Shown: positions 60,826 to 64,000 of the stretch, in pieces | How positions within the stretch are numbered: the stretch's first letter is position 1 | How the letters are laid out: each line of letters opens with the position of its first letter | DNA from: Cyanophora paradoxa CCMP329 | Lineage: Eukaryota > Plantae > Glaucophyta | DNA length: 64,000 bases | Direction of reading: 5' to 3' | Assembly (NCBI GenBank): GCA_004431415.1 | Contig: QPMI01000626.1 | Span: forward strand, 248,001 to 312,000 | Translations under genes and position numbers: made by a program | The notes under the pieces: generated by a model | The model's database searches: none | What the model saw: the letters and a program-made list of their open reading frames with translations, nothing else | What the model was told of the DNA's origin: nothing

Positions 60826-61239
60826 CTACGGATTTTTCGCGTTCTCGACAACATGCTTTCGGGGTCTCCCAGCGGGCTTTTGCGGCTGGGGCTTTACCGG
60901 CGGATTCAGCTTTCGTTCCGCTCTCTTTCTGCGTTGGTATTCCCTTGCCTTCTCTCGGATTTTCTCCCGATACTCTTCATCGTCTTGGTATCGCTGCTGT
61001 TTACGAATTGCAATCTTTTGTAGCTGTTCCGGGGTGAATATCGTAGCCTCTCCGGCGGCTAATCGCTCCTGTTTTTGTCTCTGATGCTTGTTTCGCTGCC
61101 GCTCGGCGTCTTTTTCGCGTTTTAATCTTAATCTCTCCGCCTTCTCCTCTTCTGTGATCACCTTTTTCGGTCGCCCGGGTCTGCGCTTTTCCTGCTGTGC
61201 CGCCATCGCCTCTTGGTTTGAAATCTTGGGTTTCGCCAT
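60826..61239 (-). CDS. Small basic protein with two AT-hook-like motifs
   Basis: KRRPGRPKK and AGRPRK flank a Lys/Arg/Glu-rich helix; upstream motif present. Confidence 0.7.
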   Translation of the reverse strand: MAKPKISNQEAMAAQQEKRRPGRPKKVITEEEKAERLRLKREKDAERQRNKHQRQKQERLAAGEATIFTPEQLQKIAIRKQQRYQDDEEYREKIREKAREYQRRKRAERKLNPPVKPQPQKPAGRPRKHVVENAKNP

Positions 61240-61247
61240 TTACTATA

Positions 61248-61260
61248 ACCGGAGAAAATA
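61248..61260 (-). promoter_or_regulatory. Conserved viral upstream motif (core TATTTTCTCCGGT)
   Basis: About 9 nt upstream of the ATG at 61239. Confidence 0.65.
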
Positions 61261-61363
61261 GTTTTTTGTCACTCTGTATTATTTCCCTTGCCCTTAAATA
61301 CCTTTTACCGAAACCTTCAATTTTTGCCCTTGGCTCGATACAAGCGCCACCGAAATTCACCGC

Positions 61364-61780
61364 TCAATAACCATTCCAGACGGTTCTTTCTTGTTGCTGA
61401 GGATATACATAAGGGTTTGTTAAGCTGTCATCGTCGCCTAATGCCATTTGATCCAATCTATACATCGGATAAGGGGAGTCAGCGCGCAAATGACCTTCTA
61501 CAAACTCAGGACATGAGCGCCTTCTAATATGCTCTACATGCACGTCCTCTATCTGAGCGGTTTCGATATTGGAACTCATAGCCGCGGTCACAGGCGAGGG
61601 CGATCGAGATCGTGGGTGGTTGTGATTGTCGCTGTGGTTAGAATATACAGAAAGGCGCCTACCTCCATTATCCTCGCCATCTGATATTTCGATTTCTACG
61701 GTTGTGTCACAGCATGGACTGTGGCAATTAGACACGACGTGAAGCTGAAACATCTCAATGCATTGTGTGATGAAATTCAT
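61364..61780 (-). CDS. Viral hypothetical protein
   Basis: 138-aa ATG ORF preceded by the conserved motif. Confidence 0.55.
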   Translation of the reverse strand: MNFITQCIEMFQLHVVSNCHSPCCDTTVEIEISDGEDNGGRRLSVYSNHSDNHNHPRSRSPSPVTAAMSSNIETAQIEDVHVEHIRRRSCPEFVEGHLRADSPYPMYRLDQMALGDDDSLTNPYVYPQQQERTVWNGY

Positions 61781-61810
61781 CGACCCTACAAATGGGCAAC
61801 GTATTAAATA

Positions 61811-61823
61811 TCGGAGAAAATAA
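61811..61823 (-). promoter_or_regulatory. Conserved viral upstream motif variant (TTATTTTCTCCGA)
   Basis: About 31 nt upstream of the ATG at 61780, between divergent ORFs. Confidence 0.6.
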
Positions 61824-61829
61824 AAGGGA

Positions 61830-62147
61830 ATGAGGGCTTTACTTGCTCGTGTGTTTCCTTATGAGTTGGTCGACCTTATAATGCTGTTTATGGAGCCGAC
61901 ATGCCCGTTTTGCAAGGGCGTTCATAGCGCTTGCGCGAGGCAAGCTTGCGTGCCGCTTAGACCCGCTCTAAATACGGGCGGGTTCAGCTTTGCCTTGCGG
62001 ATATTCACAGTCATTAGCGGATATGGCGTTTACCACCGAGCATTGCGGCATAATTCACGGGTGCGGTCGGCACAATATGTGCATATTGCGGGGCGACCGA
62101 TTGCTGACGAGTTACGGCTTGCGCATCTGTCTTTTCCTCCTTTTTAA
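61830..62147 (+). CDS. Viral hypothetical protein, possible F-box-like N-terminus and CxxC
   Basis: LLARVFPYELVDLIMLF, CPFCKGVH; 3' end overlaps the opposite-strand ORF. Confidence 0.4.
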   Translation: MRALLARVFPYELVDLIMLFMEPTCPFCKGVHSACARQACVPLRPALNTGGFSFALRIFTVISGYGVYHRALRHNSRVRSAQYVHIAGRPIADELRLAHLSFPPF

Positions 62148-62697
62148 TCTCCTCTACGTCGACCTTTTGCTTTAATCCGAGCTTTGAGATCTCTTTCTTT
62201 ACGAGCCCCTTTAATTTCTTGCGTTCGTTATAATCTTGCATCCATTTCTCGTAGTTAGAGACTTTCATTTCAAGGTCTCGCACTTTCTCTTCAAAGCTCA
62301 TGACAACGTCGACAGGAACCGTGTGTTTTTGATAGGATCCGCGCTTTTTAAGCTCAGTTTCGGCGGCTTTTGGGACGTCTTGCGTTTTGTGCTGGCTTGC
62401 GACAACTTGCGCTTTTAGTACTTTGTCGGTTGCTTCATCGATGGAGCCGCCTCCAATCTGTGGTTTTACAGTAGCTAAATCGTCCATTTGGCGTTTACCG
62501 CTATCTTGGTTTCCCTTGTCCGCGGTGGCACTCGCAATAATCGCCTCTTGCTTGGCGACCTCTTCTGGCGAAGTGTCTATAAGATATTCGGGCATTTCGA
62601 GACCGCCGCCCGACGTTAATCCAGACTCTTCAAGTCCGCGATTAGGATTACCAGAAGCGACCGTTTGAATGGTTTGAGGCTTCTTTCGGTAGACCAT
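62014..62697 (-). CDS. Viral hypothetical coiled-coil protein
   Basis: 227-aa ORF starting immediately after the ATPase stop codon. Confidence 0.7.
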   Translation of the reverse strand: MVYRKKPQTIQTVASGNPNRGLEESGLTSGGGLEMPEYLIDTSPEEVAKQEAIIASATADKGNQDSGKRQMDDLATVKPQIGGGSIDEATDKVLKAQVVASQHKTQDVPKAAETELKKRGSYQKHTVPVDVVMSFEEKVRDLEMKVSNYEKWMQDYNERKKLKGLVKKEISKLGLKQKVDVEEIKKEEKTDAQAVTRQQSVAPQYAHIVPTAPVNYAAMLGGKRHIR

Positions 62698-62699
62698 GA

Positions 62700-63566
62700 T
62701 TATCTTTTCTTACACTTGATTAACATTTTCTTTTTCTTGGGCGAAATTTGCGAAAGTTTGGGGATACCTTCAAGCTCACGCTCAAATTTGGATAAAGTTT
62801 TGCATACAGTTGTCGAATCTTTGACAGGCGGCGGTTTTGTAGCTTGCTCCTCTTGTTGTTTGCGCTTCTTTTCTTCAAAAGCCGCCCGCTTGTGGAATTT
62901 CGTAAACGGATGGTCATCGATCATATCGGCTTTTTCGACCCACCATCGCACAGAATACCCGGTATTATCGTGAATGATCGCTTGGTAGCTATGACAGAAT
63001 TCTTGGAACATGCGCTTAAAACTCTCTTTATCCATGTTCCCGAACTCTTCGTGATATGCTTCAAACTCTCGCATGTTTGACCAGCTTAGGAATATGATAT
63101 ACTCCGCATTGCTGCGAATGATCGTTGAAAGTTTTGTTAGTTTCTGCGATATTAAAGCCACGGAACAAAACGTATGACGACCTTGCGCCATCAATTTATT
63201 TAGCAAATGATCGCGCGAAAGATCGATAGTTCCGGACTCCAAACAATCGTCGAGTACGATGAGAATATTCTTTGGTTTCTTTCCAGCGATGATAGCTTTC
63301 TTGCGGGCTTCTATGATCGACTCTACATATTCCGGTTTCCAGGTATCATGCACTTCGTCTGTTATTTGACCCCAGAAACCGTTAAAACTCGTAGGACAGA
63401 AAACCAGAACATACGAGATCTGGTCTTCGAGTTCTTTGATCAGCCACTTTAAGAATACCGATTTACCACAATTGGTTTTCGCCAATAGGAGAAATCGTGC
63501 GGGAAGTTTCACCCTTTGTTTCGGGTTCCATTCTTCGAGATCCATGGGCGTCGTCCCTTTTTGCAT
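62700..63566 (-). CDS. A32/FtsK-HerA genome-packaging ATPase
   Basis: LLAKTNCGKS (Walker A), ILIVLDDC (Walker B), QGRH, LISQ, IIRSNAEY; likely ATG at 63566. Confidence 0.93.
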   Translation of the reverse strand: MQKGTTPMDLEEWNPKQRVKLPARFLLLAKTNCGKSVFLKWLIKELEDQISYVLVFCPTSFNGFWGQITDEVHDTWKPEYVESIIEARKKAIIAGKKPKNILIVLDDCLESGTIDLSRDHLLNKLMAQGRHTFCSVALISQKLTKLSTIIRSNAEYIIFLSWSNMREFEAYHEEFGNMDKESFKRMFQEFCHSYQAIIHDNTGYSVRWWVEKADMIDDHPFTKFHKRAAFEEKKRKQQEEQATKPPPVKDSTTVCKTLSKFERELEGIPKLSQISPKKKKMLIKCKKR

Positions 63567-63624
63567 TCTTTCACTATAAAAACAATAGAAAAATAAGACT
63601 GAATGTGGTAATCGCACGAATTCC

Positions 63625-64000
63625 TCATGCTGATACTCTTCGGATTCCGTCGGCGGAAATTATCATTATGTTATGAGCGAGGGCAATGCACTGAATTTGC
63701 ATCTTCTGATACGCGGAGCCCGCATACCACTCCTCATTACCGACTCCACCGGCTGTGACACCATTGAATTCGAAGACCAGATCGAACGCCGATGTGCCTG
63801 TGGCATCGATGTAGCCCGTGTTCTCTTGGTTGAGAAGCGACGCCTTTCCGTTTCCAGCACCGAAGTAAATGCCAGTGAGAGCGGGGTAGCTTGTGCTCTC
63901 GGTAAAGATCGCCGAATTATATTTATCTTGAAGTTCGGTCGCGGCAATCATGAGAGGAAGCGAAGTATTCGAGTAAAGGCGGTTATTGTTGAGTTCCACA
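63625..64000 (-). CDS. C-terminal part of probable major capsid protein (double jelly-roll)
   Basis: Frame open to the window edge; beta-rich; ends ..IALAHNIMIISADGIRRVSA*, like PLV capsid C-termini; adjacent to the packaging ATPase. Confidence 0.55.
   Translation of the reverse strand, partial: VELNNNRLYSNTSLPLMIAATELQDKYNSAIFTESTSYPALTGIYFGAGNGKASLLNQENTGYIDATGTSAFDLVFEFNGVTAGGVGNEEWYAGSAYQKMQIQCIALAHNIMIISADGIRRVSA

Larger units (their letters stand above)
53235..64000. mobile_element. Endogenous Polinton-like virus / Maverick-type element (left part; continues beyond the window)
   Basis: Much lower GC than the host genes; dense intronless ORFs; integrase, PolB, SF1 helicase, A32-like ATPase and probable capsid protein. 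Confidence 0.92.

Overview
Eukaryotic nuclear DNA. Bases 1-43.8 kb are very GC-rich, intron-dense host sequence. A Phe-leading plastid transit peptide suggests a primary-plastid alga such as a glaucophyte (inference). Host genes are an At1g73920-type AB-hydrolase lipase, LSM12 carrying a U12-type AT-AC intron, an intron-containing bacterial-type cobyrinate a,c-diamide synthase (CobB/CbiA), a GAF-like protein, three tandem mosaic copies of an FtsJ/RrmJ-like methyltransferase gene, a GRL/DUF3537-like 7TM protein and a plastid-targeted helical-repeat protein. Bases 43.8-53.2 kb are a repeat tangle: a multi-kb inverted repeat with nested hairpins, a MITE-like element, a copied last exon and a truncated beta-helix gene. 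From about 53,235 to the window end lies the left part of an AT-richer, intronless endogenous Polinton-like virus. It encodes a Zn-finger, AdoMet decarboxylase, DUF5710, a D-D-N rve integrase, a vOTU-PolB / SF1 helicase-HNH replicase split by a frameshift, an AT-hook protein, a packaging ATPase and a probable capsid C-terminus, and shares a conserved upstream motif. Comparing duplicated segments shows a recurrent direct-inverted-direct micro-insertion signature and intronic echoes of splice donors. All family calls come from motif recognition by eye; no searches were run and exon boundaries are approximate.
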